Positions 49,578-60,623 of a stretch of 64,000 nt of DNA are shown here, piece after piece. The stretch is from Planctomycetota bacterium (lineage in GTDB: Bacteria; Planctomycetota; UBA8108; SXIK01). Position numbers and translations under genes: made by a program. Every line of letters starts with the position of its first letter. Position 1 is the stretch's first letter. The stretch lies in NCBI GenBank assembly GCA_965223265.1, contig OZ244999.1, positions 6,688,001 through 6,752,000 on the forward strand, given 5' to 3'. The notes beneath the pieces are model-generated. The model was not told where the DNA came from, made no database searches, and saw only the letters and a list, made by a program, of their open reading frames with translations.

Positions 49578-50735
49578 ATGACTGAATCCAACCACCGCAA
49601 GCCTCGTGTCATCATCGGCGACAGCCACTCGGTCACCGACCTCTACTACGCGACTCAGTTCGAGGTGACAGGGCCGGTGGTCTACGTCGAACTCAATGGA
49701 CAAAAGCTCCTCTTGGTGAACGACCTGGAATACGGCCGAGCCAAGAGCGAAGCACGCGTCGATGAAGTCGTCTCGACAACACCCTATGAAAACGCCCTGC
49801 ACGCAGAGTCAAAAGCACCAACTCTCGTCAATCTTCTCCACGTCTTCTTGAAAGAAAAGGTTGGAGGAGGCGGGAATGGCGCTTCGCCGGTGCAGATCAC
49901 TGTCCCCACAGGATTTCCAATTGGTTACGCTGACAGTCTCCGCGACCTCGGCTACAAACTTGAGGTTCAGACCGATCCGTTCATCCCGGAACGCTCAGTC
50001 AAAACGGCCACGGAGATTGAGCTCATCGAATCGGCCCAGGCGCACGCTGAATCTGCGATGTCGCTGGCAGTCGACATCATCGGCGCGGCGGAAATCCGTG
50101 GTAACGCGCTATGGCGAGACGACGAACCGCTGACCGCTGAACACGTCCGGCGCGAGATGCAAAAACTCCTGCTCGACCGTGACTGCGAAGCCTCTGGAAT
50201 CATCGTCGCCGGTGGTGACCAAGGTGCCGATCCGCACCAACGCGGGTTCGGGCCACTGCCCGCGAACGACACGATCATCATCGACGTCTTTCCACATTCG
50301 ATGACGAATTTTTACTGGGGTGACATGACTCGTACGGTCGTGAGAGGGAGAGCGTCGGCCGAGGCGCATGGTATCTACGAAGCAGTCCTCGGTGCCCAGG
50401 AACTCGCGATCTCGCTCGTCAAGCATGGCGCGAGTGGCGTCGACATCCACTCCGCCGTTGTCGAGCACTTCGAACGGAGCGGTCACAAGACCGGTGAAGA
50501 GAACGGCAAGAAAGTCGGCTTCATTCACGGCACGGGCCACGGTGTCGGACTCGACATTCATGAGCTGCCCCGCGTTGGTCGGCTCGGCTCGCAGCTCGCA
50601 GCCGGGCAAGTCGTGACAATTGAACCCGGCCTCTATTACCCCGGTGTCGGCTCGGTGCGTTTAGAAGACATCGTGATCGTCACCGAGAACGGCTGTCGCA
50701 ATCTCAATCGCTTCCCGAAGGTTCTTGAGATCTAG
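49578..50735 (+). CDS. Xaa-Pro aminopeptidase (M24 family)
   Basis: DMTRT, HGTGHGVGLDIHE, TIEPGLY, VRLED. Confidence 0.93.
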   Translation: MTESNHRKPRVIIGDSHSVTDLYYATQFEVTGPVVYVELNGQKLLLVNDLEYGRAKSEARVDEVVSTTPYENALHAESKAPTLVNLLHVFLKEKVGGGGNGASPVQITVPTGFPIGYADSLRDLGYKLEVQTDPFIPERSVKTATEIELIESAQAHAESAMSLAVDIIGAAEIRGNALWRDDEPLTAEHVRREMQKLLLDRDCEASGIIVAGGDQGADPHQRGFGPLPANDTIIIDVFPHSMTNFYWGDMTRTVVRGRASAEAHGIYEAVLGAQELAISLVKHGASGVDIHSAVVEHFERSGHKTGEENGKKVGFIHGTGHGVGLDIHELPRVGRLGSQLAAGQVVTIEPGLYYPGVGSVRLEDIVIVTENGCRNLNRFPKVLEI

Positions 50736-50987
50736 CTGGGAGTTTGGCCACTCAGCACCGAAGTGGCAAGCACTTCGTTTGCGTGAGCGCGGGCGTGCGG
50801 CCGGCACAAGTTTTCGCTAGAACGGCTCGGAAACCCTTGTCCTACGGCTCGATCTCGGTTGTGGAACCCGGTGCCCTTGCTACTTGACCGCCCTCGCACA
50901 CGCAGACGCGCACCGACGTGAAGCGCTTCTCTTTCGCGAGCCAATCGATCTGAGGTCCGGCGAAGCGCAGCGCGCGACATCACTCGA

Positions 50988-51893
50988 TCAGGAGAGCATC
51001 TTGAGCATCGCCGCAATGCGGTGCGCACGTCGCGTGTCGCTCTGATCCCAGTAGACCTTGAACAAATTGTTCAACGTTCGAATCAGGATCGCGTCGTCTG
51101 TGGCCGAGTCGAAATGCTCGTCCCGGAAACCAACGCCAGCAACGTTCAGGAGCCGAACGCAATCATGTACGGTGAGAAGTCTGCCGCGGTTGAATGCATC
51201 GATGAATAGTTCGCCGCTGTCGCCTTGGTACTTGAGGAGGAAATGCTGCGGCATACACACGCCATGCACTTGGAGCGACAGCCGTCGGCAAACGAGGAGC
51301 ACAACCGTCGCCAGGCTGATCGGGATGCCGCGTTTCTCATCGATGACTCGGTTGACGTAGCTGTTCTCGGGACGGTAGTAGTCCTTCAGCGGCCGCCCTG
51401 AATAGCCAAGTTCATCGAAGAAAAGCTTACGCAACTTGTTCATGGCATCATCGAGGCTACCCCCAGACAAGCGCAAGCGAAGCGTGGCGGCGTAGTCGTC
51501 GAGAATGTCCGCATAGCGCTCGACGTCGCAGTAAGGATCCTCCGTCCGGGCTAAGAGAAACACACCGGTCTCTAGGTCACGGTCCTTTTGACGGCAATAC
51601 TGTACCCACTCTCGGAACACCTCACGGCGACGCCACTCCAGTACGAACCTCTGAGCCTGCACCTTGACGCGTTCGTCTGTCGATTCCCGTGCGGCGTGGC
51701 GAATACTTGGCAGCGCGGGACCGCCGATCCGCTCTAATTCCTCCCATGCCACCGTCAAGATCTTGCGATCCTCGTCCCCGAGCAAGGAGACGAGCGCCTC
51801 GATGCGCGAGAGCGGCACTCGCTGTCCGCGGTTTGCCCCTGATGAAGGCAACGGCGTGCCCCCTCGTTCACTCGCTGATCTGTTTTCGGACAT
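50988..51893 (-). CDS. SirB1 / transglutaminase-like domain protein with N-terminal helical repeat
   Basis: YYRPENSYVNRVIDEKRGIPISL, MPQHFLL, FIDAFNRG, ILIRTLNNL. Confidence 0.82.
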   Translation of the reverse strand: MSENRSASERGGTPLPSSGANRGQRVPLSRIEALVSLLGDEDRKILTVAWEELERIGGPALPSIRHAARESTDERVKVQAQRFVLEWRRREVFREWVQYCRQKDRDLETGVFLLARTEDPYCDVERYADILDDYAATLRLRLSGGSLDDAMNKLRKLFFDELGYSGRPLKDYYRPENSYVNRVIDEKRGIPISLATVVLLVCRRLSLQVHGVCMPQHFLLKYQGDSGELFIDAFNRGRLLTVHDCVRLLNVAGVGFRDEHFDSATDDAILIRTLNNLFKVYWDQSDTRRAHRIAAMLKMLS

Positions 51894-52042
51894 CACATTC
51901 TGACGAAAGTTCGACCCAAAGCGCGGCTCGTCGCCCGCCGACGACTTTCGCAATGCGGAGCATATGTAGGCGATATGAGGAGCATCGAGTGTATCTCCCC
52001 TCTCATCCAGTGTTCCAAGCGCGCAGCCCGGCGCTCGACGAC

Positions 52043-52088
52043 CAGCCTGAGACCAGTTTTCGGCTCGAAGCACTTATTCAACAGGCTG
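52043..52088. repeat. Short relative of the 4271-4449 palindromic element
   Basis: gagaccagttttcggctcgaagcacttattcaacaggctg closely matches the reverse complement of 4271-4311; bounded by cagcctg/caggctg and abuts a TAG stop codon. Confidence 0.75.
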
Positions 52089-52757
52089 CTAGCTGAGAAT
52101 ACCCCATGCGTCTGGCGCCGCGTCACAGAATTCTGCAGTCGTGTCGATGATTTCCCTCAACACCGCTTCCATACGTTCGTTCGAAACTTCGGCAGGAAAC
52201 CACGCCACGACGAGAGCGCGCACAGTTCCCTCGTCGACCTTGGTGCGCTGGGCGTCTCGTCCAGGATTACCGAAAAGACTCTCGCCATCGACGAGGACCA
52301 ATCGACCTTCGACCTTGTAGACCTTGCCACCAATGGCAACGTAAGATTCGTCGGGACGGCCAACTCGCATCAGCACAGGCGGCGACACCTTGTCCCAATC
52401 GTAGACCCCGAATGGGCACTGCAGTGACAAGCTCGCCAAATTGATGGCATCGACCAATTGATTCACTTTCGGGAAAGGGCGTTTCTGAACCACCCGTCTG
52501 AGTAGACGCTCCGATGCTGGTCGATCTTTCGTCGGGTCGATGCCAAGAGCGTGGTACAGCTTACGATTGAGCTGCACCCCTTCAAGCGACGAGATGACTC
52601 GTCCTTCGATCGAATGCGCAATCTCGGAGCACATCGAATCGATCCTGGATCGCAAATCAGGAGACGTTGGACCGTTCGTCAGGCCTTTCAGGAAGACCGC
52701 TCCAACGCGGCAAATCCCTTCCAAAGATTCCGAACGCTGTAGCTCGCTGAGTTTCAT
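52089..52757 (-). CDS. B3/B4-domain protein (PheT editing-domain related)
   Basis: GIDPTKDRPASERLLRR, VNQLVDAINLASL, GVYDWD. Confidence 0.85.
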   Translation of the reverse strand: MKLSELQRSESLEGICRVGAVFLKGLTNGPTSPDLRSRIDSMCSEIAHSIEGRVISSLEGVQLNRKLYHALGIDPTKDRPASERLLRRVVQKRPFPKVNQLVDAINLASLSLQCPFGVYDWDKVSPPVLMRVGRPDESYVAIGGKVYKVEGRLVLVDGESLFGNPGRDAQRTKVDEGTVRALVVAWFPAEVSNERMEAVLREIIDTTAEFCDAAPDAWGILS

Positions 52758-52908
52758 TCCGCTCTCTTGACTCGAGCCTGCCGGCCGCTGGGGCCTGAAT
52801 TCCGATCGCCTCGGGGGCGTTTCTCAGAGATTTCGCCGACTGCTCGTCGCAGATCCAATCGCCAACGTGACGCGCCGTGAGCTCCACCGCGGAGCCCGAA
52901 AGTGCACT

Positions 52909-52956
52909 CTCGACGATTCAGCTCGACGATTCAGCTCGACGATTCAGCCCGACGAC
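52909..52956. repeat. 13-bp tandem repeat ctcgacgattcag x3 plus a partial fourth copy
   Basis: Exact copies at 52909, 52922 and 52935; cccgacgac at 52948. Confidence 0.9.
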
Positions 52957-53349
52957 ACAGTTGAAAACTAGTGAGAAACGTCTTCCCGCTTTCAAAAGCC
53001 AGCAAAGGCCGCAACTCGACCTTTCAGACTATTCTACGATCTCCTCGCTTGCTGTCGCCGCCCCGCCTCAAGACGAAGACATAAAGAATTCCCGCAAAAC
53101 ATCTTACGCACCCAAGCTGACGCCGCCGAGAAGGCAAGACAAACGCGGTGTAAGGGTCGAAAGTGGCCCGGCGACCACGTCCGCGCCGGCCAACGCTTCG
53201 CTTGGCGAGCGAACGCGCGGCGAGCCCGTCAGTGGCAGTGCCTCGAGACGCCGCGGCACCCGCGCCTCGCCGACGGGACTCGACGTCGATCACGCGCACT
53301 CTTCGTCGAAGCTAGGCCGTGCCTTGCCGTCGCTCCTCTGTGCGTTCGG

Positions 53350-53979
53350 TCAACCACGCGTTCGCCGATACTCGTCGAGAAGGTCGGAGTAGTCTTGCGG
53401 ACGATCCATGTCGCGCGCCACCGCGGCATTCGGTGTTTCGACCTCGAGGCGCTTGGCGGCGCGGATCACGTCACGTGCCGTTTGGCCCGGAACCAGTGCC
53501 AGGAACGGCTCGCGGAGCGAGCCTCGGCACAGAACGGGATGCCCACGCCGCTCGCCGTAGCGCGGGATGAACACCTCACAGCCGTCGGTGTCGGACCGCA
53601 CGGCGCTCACAAGGAGCTCATAGTCTTGAGCGAGGACAAGAGGACAATCGACGGGATGAATAGCGAAGACAAAACAGCCGCCCTCCGGCAGTGCGCGGAG
53701 ACCGAGCTGCAGCGAGCGTAACTGGTCGCTGTCGGGATCTGGGTTGACGACCCATTCGACGCGCGGCACTGCTTTTACGTGAGCCTCGATGACTCTATCG
53801 CGCTCAACACCCACGACAACGATGCTGCGGCAGACTCCAGCTGCCGCACCAGCCTCAAGCACAAGGTCCAGCGCTGTCCTACCATCGAACTGTAGGAGCG
53901 GCTTCGACGTCCCCATGCGACTCGATTTGCCAGCCGCCAGAACGATTTGAAAAACCTCAAGCTCTGCAGATCGCATCAC
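53350..53979 (-). CDS. MocA/MobA-like nucleotidyltransferase (NTP_transf_3)
   Basis: IVLAAGKSSRMGTSKPLL, HPVDCP, RRGHPV, DMDRPQDY. Confidence 0.88.
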   Translation of the reverse strand: MMRSAELEVFQIVLAAGKSSRMGTSKPLLQFDGRTALDLVLEAGAAAGVCRSIVVVGVERDRVIEAHVKAVPRVEWVVNPDPDSDQLRSLQLGLRALPEGGCFVFAIHPVDCPLVLAQDYELLVSAVRSDTDGCEVFIPRYGERRGHPVLCRGSLREPFLALVPGQTARDVIRAAKRLEVETPNAAVARDMDRPQDYSDLLDEYRRTRG

Positions 53980-54521
53980 AGCTCCTCAGGACCCGACGCT
54001 GATGTCGCACTCGCATCAAGGCCGTCCACGCGAGTGAGAATCTCGCCCAGATCAGCAGCATGAATTTGCAGCGGTGCGACATAGGAAAACACGACGTAGC
54101 CGCAGCGATCGAGGAGAAAACTACTCGGTCGAGCGATGTTCCATACCGGCAAGGACAGACGCTGCCAAACTCCGTAGGCGCGGCTGACGCGGCGGTCGGA
54201 ATCGACGACGACGGGAAACGATACCGGTTTCTCCGTGAGATAATGGGCCAAACTCTCGGTGCGTTCACAGACAACGGCGACAAGGCTGCAAGACGCTTTC
54301 TCGAACCGCTCATGATAGTCGGTGAGCAGCTGCAATCGCGCCCGCGTGTTCGGGTCCCACGAACCGCGAAGGAAATCGATGAGAACCGGGCCTCGCATGA
54401 GCCGGCTCGTTAGGCTCACCTCGATTCCAAACGGCGTTGACAGCGCAAATCCGGGCGCCGTGTCGCCGACAGCGAGTGGCGACTTGCGCCACGGAATCTG
54501 ATCGTTTGTTCCTCGACTCAT
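53976..54521 (-). CDS. AhpC/TSA redoxin-fold protein lacking the CxxC motif
   Basis: VGDTAPGFAL, GPVLIDFLRGSWDPNT, FPVVVDSDRRVSRAYGV, RPSSFLLD. Confidence 0.8.
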   Translation of the reverse strand: MSRGTNDQIPWRKSPLAVGDTAPGFALSTPFGIEVSLTSRLMRGPVLIDFLRGSWDPNTRARLQLLTDYHERFEKASCSLVAVVCERTESLAHYLTEKPVSFPVVVDSDRRVSRAYGVWQRLSLPVWNIARPSSFLLDRCGYVVFSYVAPLQIHAADLGEILTRVDGLDASATSASGPEEL

Positions 54522-57187
54522 CGCCCAAGAAACCTCGCAATTTCAGAGACGACGGCGGCGAGGTCGCCCCGTAACACCCGAGCCTCAGGCAACGACTCAA
54601 GAAACAGGCGACCATACGACTTCGACACGATGCGCTGATCGAGAATGACGACCACGCCTCGATCCGAGGTCGACCGAATCAGTCGTCCGAACCCCTGCTT
54701 GAGTTTCAGCACGGCTTGCGGCAGAGAAAAACTCCTGAACGGATGGATGCCGCGGCGTTCGAGGTCCTCAACCCGCGCTTCCTGAATCGGCTCGGTCGGG
54801 ACGCGAAATGGTAGACGTGTGATCACGACGCACTCGAGCGCGCGGCCTTTGACATCAACGCCTTCCCAGAAGCTGTCTGTTCCAAAGAGTACGCCGCGCT
54901 CTTCGGCGACGAAACGCCGCACAAGCTGACCTCGCGGGGACTCTCCTTGCGCCATCGGATCGAGTCCAAGCTCGCGGAGCGGCCCCGCCAGGGCGTCATA
55001 AGTCTTTCTCAGCAATCGATACGACGTGAACAGGATGAACGCTCGACCGCCGCTCGCCTTGACGACCGCGTACACTGCTTCGACCAAAGCTCCCTCATAC
55101 GAACCAGAACTCGGCGGCGGCAAATCCGTCGGCGTCGCGGTAATGGCTTGGCTTTGATAGTCGAACGGAGAAGCAAACGAGCGAAAGACGAAGCGCTCTC
55201 TTTCGATGGCGTCCAGCCCAAGGCGCTCGGCAAAGTACTGGATCCTCCCGGCTACCGAAAGTGTTGCCGAGGTCAGCACCACCGTTTCGACGCGGTTGAA
55301 GAGATTTCGGCGCAGCTCGCCCGCAACTCGAATGGGCGCAGCTCCGAATCGGAGGCTCGGAATCGCGTCGCCGCGGCGCTGGCGAAGCGTCAGCCATCGT
55401 GCCAAGTTGCGATCCGTCAGCGTACAAAACGTTCCCATCTGCTCCACCAGCGCCTGCAGCCGGCTCCCAAACGAAGTCAACTCCAAGAGCAGCGAGGCGC
55501 TCTTCGACTCGGGCAACCTCGATCCTGAGAGGGCCTGGACGGCGCGCTGGTTCGTCCGCAGCACGACCCCGAGCTCCTTTTGCACGGCGGCGAGCCGTGT
55601 CTGAACGCCGCGCCAGAGCTGGCGCTCCTTTCCCTCACGGTAGCGAAGCTTGGTCTCCCCCGCGAAGGTCTCTAAACCTTCACGCCCTCCGTCGTCGGCG
55701 CCCTCTTCGTTCGCCGCGGGCGGCGGGGCGCTCGCCTCGACCACGTCGAGCGCACTCAACGTGAGCTCATCAAACTCCGCGTCGATCCGCTGCAAGGCGC
55801 TGGGCACAGCGACCGGCAGCCCGGATTTCAGGGACACCGCCGTGGTCTCGTCGACGGCCTCAACCTCACGGATCACGCGCCAAATGGCCCCTTGATTCGC
55901 CTCGGACTGTGAGCACATGCGGCTGAGCCGACGCCGCACACCCAACGGCGAGAACTCCAGTCCCAAGTGTTCACTCGCGACCTCCTCGAGATGCTGCGCC
56001 TCGTCGAAAATGACGCGTTGGTACGCCGGCAAAACGCCGTCAGCGCCAAAATCATCGGCGACTCGACGAACGGCCAGGTCAGCGAAAAAGAGATGATGGT
56101 TGACGACAAGGATCGCCGCGCTCGAGGCGTGTCGACGCGCCGAGTAGAAGAAACAGTTGCCATAGTGGCGGCAGTTCGACCGCAGCGACTTGTCCGACTC
56201 CGACATGACCTGCTCCCACGCATCGGGGTGCGGCGACCAGTTGAGGTCCGCCAAACTGCCGTCGGCCGTTCGTGCACTCCAATCGATCAGGCTGCGAAAC
56301 TGCGCGTCCCACTTCTCCGCACTCTCTCCTGTCGACTGCACCAAGTCGGCGTCGAGGCTGGCTGCAAGTTCTTCGATCTTACGCCGACAGGCGTATTGTC
56401 CACGGCCTTTGACGAGCGCGAACGCGAACTGGTACGGCAGAGCACGTCGCAGGAAGGGGAGGTCTTTCGTGACCAACTGCTCCTGCAGCTGAATCGTTCC
56501 AGTCGAGATCACCACGCGCTGGCGATTTCTCACCGCCCAAAGGATTGCCGGCACCAGGTAGGCAAAGCTCTTCCCAACGCCGGTTCCGGCCTCGAGCGCG
56601 GCGACTTCGTCCCGATTCAGCGCCGCGGCAACGGCACGCGCCATGTCGACCTGCCCACTTCTGGACTCGTAGTCGTCGAAAGCGCTGCCGAGCGCGCCGG
56701 AGGCGGCGAATAGCTCCTGCACTTCTTCCAGGTCGATAGGAACCGCCTCTGCCGCCACGAAACGTGGCGCCGTGACGAGATAGTGGCGGCTCGCGTCGCT
56801 CGAGATGATCGCAAAGCCGACGCCGTGGCAGCGCAGCGACGCAGCGACCTGCAGATCCGGATCCGATGGCTCGAGATTGCCGCTCGGATGATTGTGGAGA
56901 GCAAGATCCCAGCCGCCCACGTCTTCGATCACGGCCGGCACCGCAGTTTCGTGACCACGCGCCATGACCTCGGCGGCGTGGACCGTCGCGATCCGCTGGT
57001 CACCGTCGACCCGCCAGCGCACTTTGGCTAGGAAAAACACCTCGCGTCCCGACGCGGCCTCAATGAGCTCGGCGACGCGCCGCTTCAGGCCCGGCTCGAA
57101 ACGAAGCTCGACGTCCGTCACGCTGCTCAAAGTTGACTCCGTAAAAGACGTCACTTTTCGACGCCGACAGCGGGCCTCCGGAGACAC
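54518..57187 (-). CDS. DinG/YoaA-family helicase with N-terminal JAB/MPN domain
   Basis: HNHPSGNLEPSDPD (JAMM); EAGTGVGKS, KGRGQYAC, DEAQH, LTSATL, LFTSY, SFWEGVD, QGFGRLIR. Start uncertain. Confidence 0.9.
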   Translation of the reverse strand: MSPEARCRRRKVTSFTESTLSSVTDVELRFEPGLKRRVAELIEAASGREVFFLAKVRWRVDGDQRIATVHAAEVMARGHETAVPAVIEDVGGWDLALHNHPSGNLEPSDPDLQVAASLRCHGVGFAIISSDASRHYLVTAPRFVAAEAVPIDLEEVQELFAASGALGSAFDDYESRSGQVDMARAVAAALNRDEVAALEAGTGVGKSFAYLVPAILWAVRNRQRVVISTGTIQLQEQLVTKDLPFLRRALPYQFAFALVKGRGQYACRRKIEELAASLDADLVQSTGESAEKWDAQFRSLIDWSARTADGSLADLNWSPHPDAWEQVMSESDKSLRSNCRHYGNCFFYSARRHASSAAILVVNHHLFFADLAVRRVADDFGADGVLPAYQRVIFDEAQHLEEVASEHLGLEFSPLGVRRRLSRMCSQSEANQGAIWRVIREVEAVDETTAVSLKSGLPVAVPSALQRIDAEFDELTLSALDVVEASAPPPAANEEGADDGGREGLETFAGETKLRYREGKERQLWRGVQTRLAAVQKELGVVLRTNQRAVQALSGSRLPESKSASLLLELTSFGSRLQALVEQMGTFCTLTDRNLARWLTLRQRRGDAIPSLRFGAAPIRVAGELRRNLFNRVETVVLTSATLSVAGRIQYFAERLGLDAIERERFVFRSFASPFDYQSQAITATPTDLPPPSSGSYEGALVEAVYAVVKASGGRAFILFTSYRLLRKTYDALAGPLRELGLDPMAQGESPRGQLVRRFVAEERGVLFGTDSFWEGVDVKGRALECVVITRLPFRVPTEPIQEARVEDLERRGIHPFRSFSLPQAVLKLKQGFGRLIRSTSDRGVVVILDQRIVSKSYGRLFLESLPEARVLRGDLAAVVSEIARFLGR

Positions 57188-57293
57188 AGTGCAAAACCGT
57201 CTTTACACCTTCGCACCGCATCTGCAATGCCAGACGCCTCCACTAACCTCTTGAAATTATACGAAGTTACAAAAAGCGGCCCATCTCTTTTTC

Positions 57294-57310
57294 GTGGAAC
57301 GGAGTTTGCT
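57294..57310 (+). promoter_or_regulatory. Putative sigma-54 (-24/-12) promoter
   Basis: gTGGAACggagtTTGCt: GG at 57296-57297 and GC at 57308-57309 with exact 10-nt spacing, in an AT-richer intergenic region. Confidence 0.55.
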
Positions 57311-57320
57311 CTTTAATGCT

Positions 57321-57463
57321 CCCAGCTCCCCTGGAATGAGGTGCATTTCGGGAGTCGGAGAAGGCTGTTTCAAGCAATTGTCGTTGATTGGTTTATCCAG
57401 TGGACAAGGAAGGAGCTTGGACGCGTGCCTCGGTCTCCAGGGGAGCGGATTCTTCCCGCTTTG
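57321..57463 (+). ncRNA. Candidate structured small RNA (GGA-rich)
   Basis: Starts ~12 nt after the sigma-54 motif; 11-bp perfect inverted repeat gctcccctgga (57325-57335) / tccaggggagc (57436-57446); nine GGA trinucleotides; ends in agcgg-loop-ccgct-tt hairpin. Confidence 0.45.
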
Positions 57464-57568
57464 ATGCGCCCCGCGTCGACGAAAAGCGCGCGGCGACTGG
57501 AACCGCCAGTCCAGTGATCGAGCGCATAGCGCCGCTTTCAGTCTTCGATCCAACGCTCGGCAGTCTCG

Positions 57569-58441
57569 TTAGCGCTTCACGCCGACCGCGTCGAAAATGC
57601 GCTCCATGTGCAGCGCTCGATTGAGCACGTAGAAATGGATGCCGGGCACGCCGCGGTCGATGAGATCACGCACCTGGATCGAAGCCCACTCGACACCGAT
57701 CTGGCGCACACGCGCAGCATCGTCGCCCGCCGCGATCAGCTGCTGCTCAAGCGGTGCAGGAATCCGCGCACCACACAGTTGCGCGATGCGTTGAATCTGA
57801 CCGAACGACTGAATCGGCAGCAGCCCGGCCACGATCGGCACGTCAATTCCCAGCGCCTGAGCCTTGTCAACGAAGTTGAAGTAGTCGCTGTTGTCGTAGA
57901 AGAGCTGCGTGATGACGATATCCGCACCACAGTCGACTTTAGCCTTGAGAAAGCGTAGATCGCTGTCGAAGTCCGGCGCTTCAATGTGCTTCTCAGGGTA
58001 GCCGGCAACCGCCACTCCAAAGTCGCCGCGCTCATGAATGTGGGTGACGAGCTGGCTCGCGTGCTGATAGCCGCCCTCAACCGCGACGAACTTCTCCTCG
58101 CCTTGAGGTGGATCACCGCGAAGCGCGACAATGTTTTCGATGCCGCCCTGGCGCAAGCGATCGAGGATGCCGTCGATCTCTTCCCGCGTCGATCCGACAC
58201 AGGTGAGATGAGAGGCGGTTTCGATCCCGAAGTCCGACTTGATTCCGGCGGCGATGTCGAGAGTCTTCTCCTGCGTCGACCCGAAGGCGCCGTAAGTCAC
58301 TGTCATATAGTCCGGTGCCAGCGCGATCAATCGCGGCAAGACGTCGCGAAGCTGAGCCTCTGCCTTCTCGCTCTTGGGAGGGAAGACTTCAAAGGAGACA
58401 ACCGGCCGTGTGGCGCCGTCGAAGAACTCTGCGAACCGCAT
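57569..58441 (-). CDS. metF: 5,10-methylenetetrahydrofolate reductase
   Basis: SFEVFPPK, VTYGAFGS, SHLTC, ALRGDPP, AGYPEKH, ITQLFYD, IHFYVLN. Start at 58441 or 58450. Confidence 0.95.
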   Translation of the reverse strand: MRFAEFFDGATRPVVSFEVFPPKSEKAEAQLRDVLPRLIALAPDYMTVTYGAFGSTQEKTLDIAAGIKSDFGIETASHLTCVGSTREEIDGILDRLRQGGIENIVALRGDPPQGEEKFVAVEGGYQHASQLVTHIHERGDFGVAVAGYPEKHIEAPDFDSDLRFLKAKVDCGADIVITQLFYDNSDYFNFVDKAQALGIDVPIVAGLLPIQSFGQIQRIAQLCGARIPAPLEQQLIAAGDDAARVRQIGVEWASIQVRDLIDRGVPGIHFYVLNRALHMERIFDAVGVKR

Positions 58442-58604
58442 CGAAAGCATCTCTTCAGGAAAAGGGGGCGATCTGACCGACCCGCCAGACCTGCCGGCGG
58501 GCCATGCCCATACACAGAATTCGGGGCACAAGATGGTTATCGGTGGAAACTCCGCCGTTCGCCACCCCAAAACCGCCCGTGTCGAAGACTCTCGTGTGCG
58601 CGCC

Positions 58605-59009
58605 TTACCGTCGCACGAGACGCAGTCGCGTCTTGGCGACGCGGATGCGCTCGTAGTGCGCGGCCAATGTTTCTGCGTCGCGACTCTCGGGTCGGTCGGC
58701 GCGCGCTGCCTCTAGATTCGCCTCAGCAGCTGCGACGTCCGCTTCGGCGAGGTCCTCGACGTCAGCGGCCAACACCGTGACGCGGTTCTTCGCTACCTCG
58801 ACGAAACCACCGCCGCGCACAAAGTAACGCTGTTTGCTACCGTCCTCACGTTCGATGCGGAGCTCGCCGAAGCTCAGCGCTCCCACCAGCGCCGCATGTC
58901 CCGGTAAGATTCCCATCTCACCGTCGAGCGCCGGGACAACGACGGACCGCGCCCCACCCTCGAAGACCATTTCTTCCGGACTGGTGACGACGCACTCTAG
59001 AGTAGCCAT
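58605..59009 (-). CDS. atpC: F1 ATP synthase epsilon subunit
   Basis: VVTSPE, GEMGILPGHAAL, GGFVEV; position in operon. Confidence 0.95.
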   Translation of the reverse strand: MATLECVVTSPEEMVFEGGARSVVVPALDGEMGILPGHAALVGALSFGELRIEREDGSKQRYFVRGGGFVEVAKNRVTVLAADVEDLAEADVAAAEANLEAARADRPESRDAETLAAHYERIRVAKTRLRLVRR

Positions 59010-59064
59010 GGATTCATCTCACGCTGTCGTTCGTTACTTGTCGTCGCGGCACTGAGCAGCCTGT

Positions 59065-60561
<1,497 letters not shown>

Positions 60562-60623
60562 TTAACGGTTGATTTCAGTTTCGATCGACGGCTCATCGCC
60601 AACGACCCACAGCGCAACTCCTG

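Noticed and set aside
52877-53392. 171-aa + strand ORF
   Set aside because: Low-complexity S/R/P-rich translation crossing a 13-bp tandem repeat and overlapping the MocA-like gene end.
58450-58604. SAM/SAH riboswitch or terminator between atpC and metF
   Set aside because: A cccgcc/ggcggg hairpin (58481-58501) is present, but without an adjacent U-tract or recognisable aptamer consensus.
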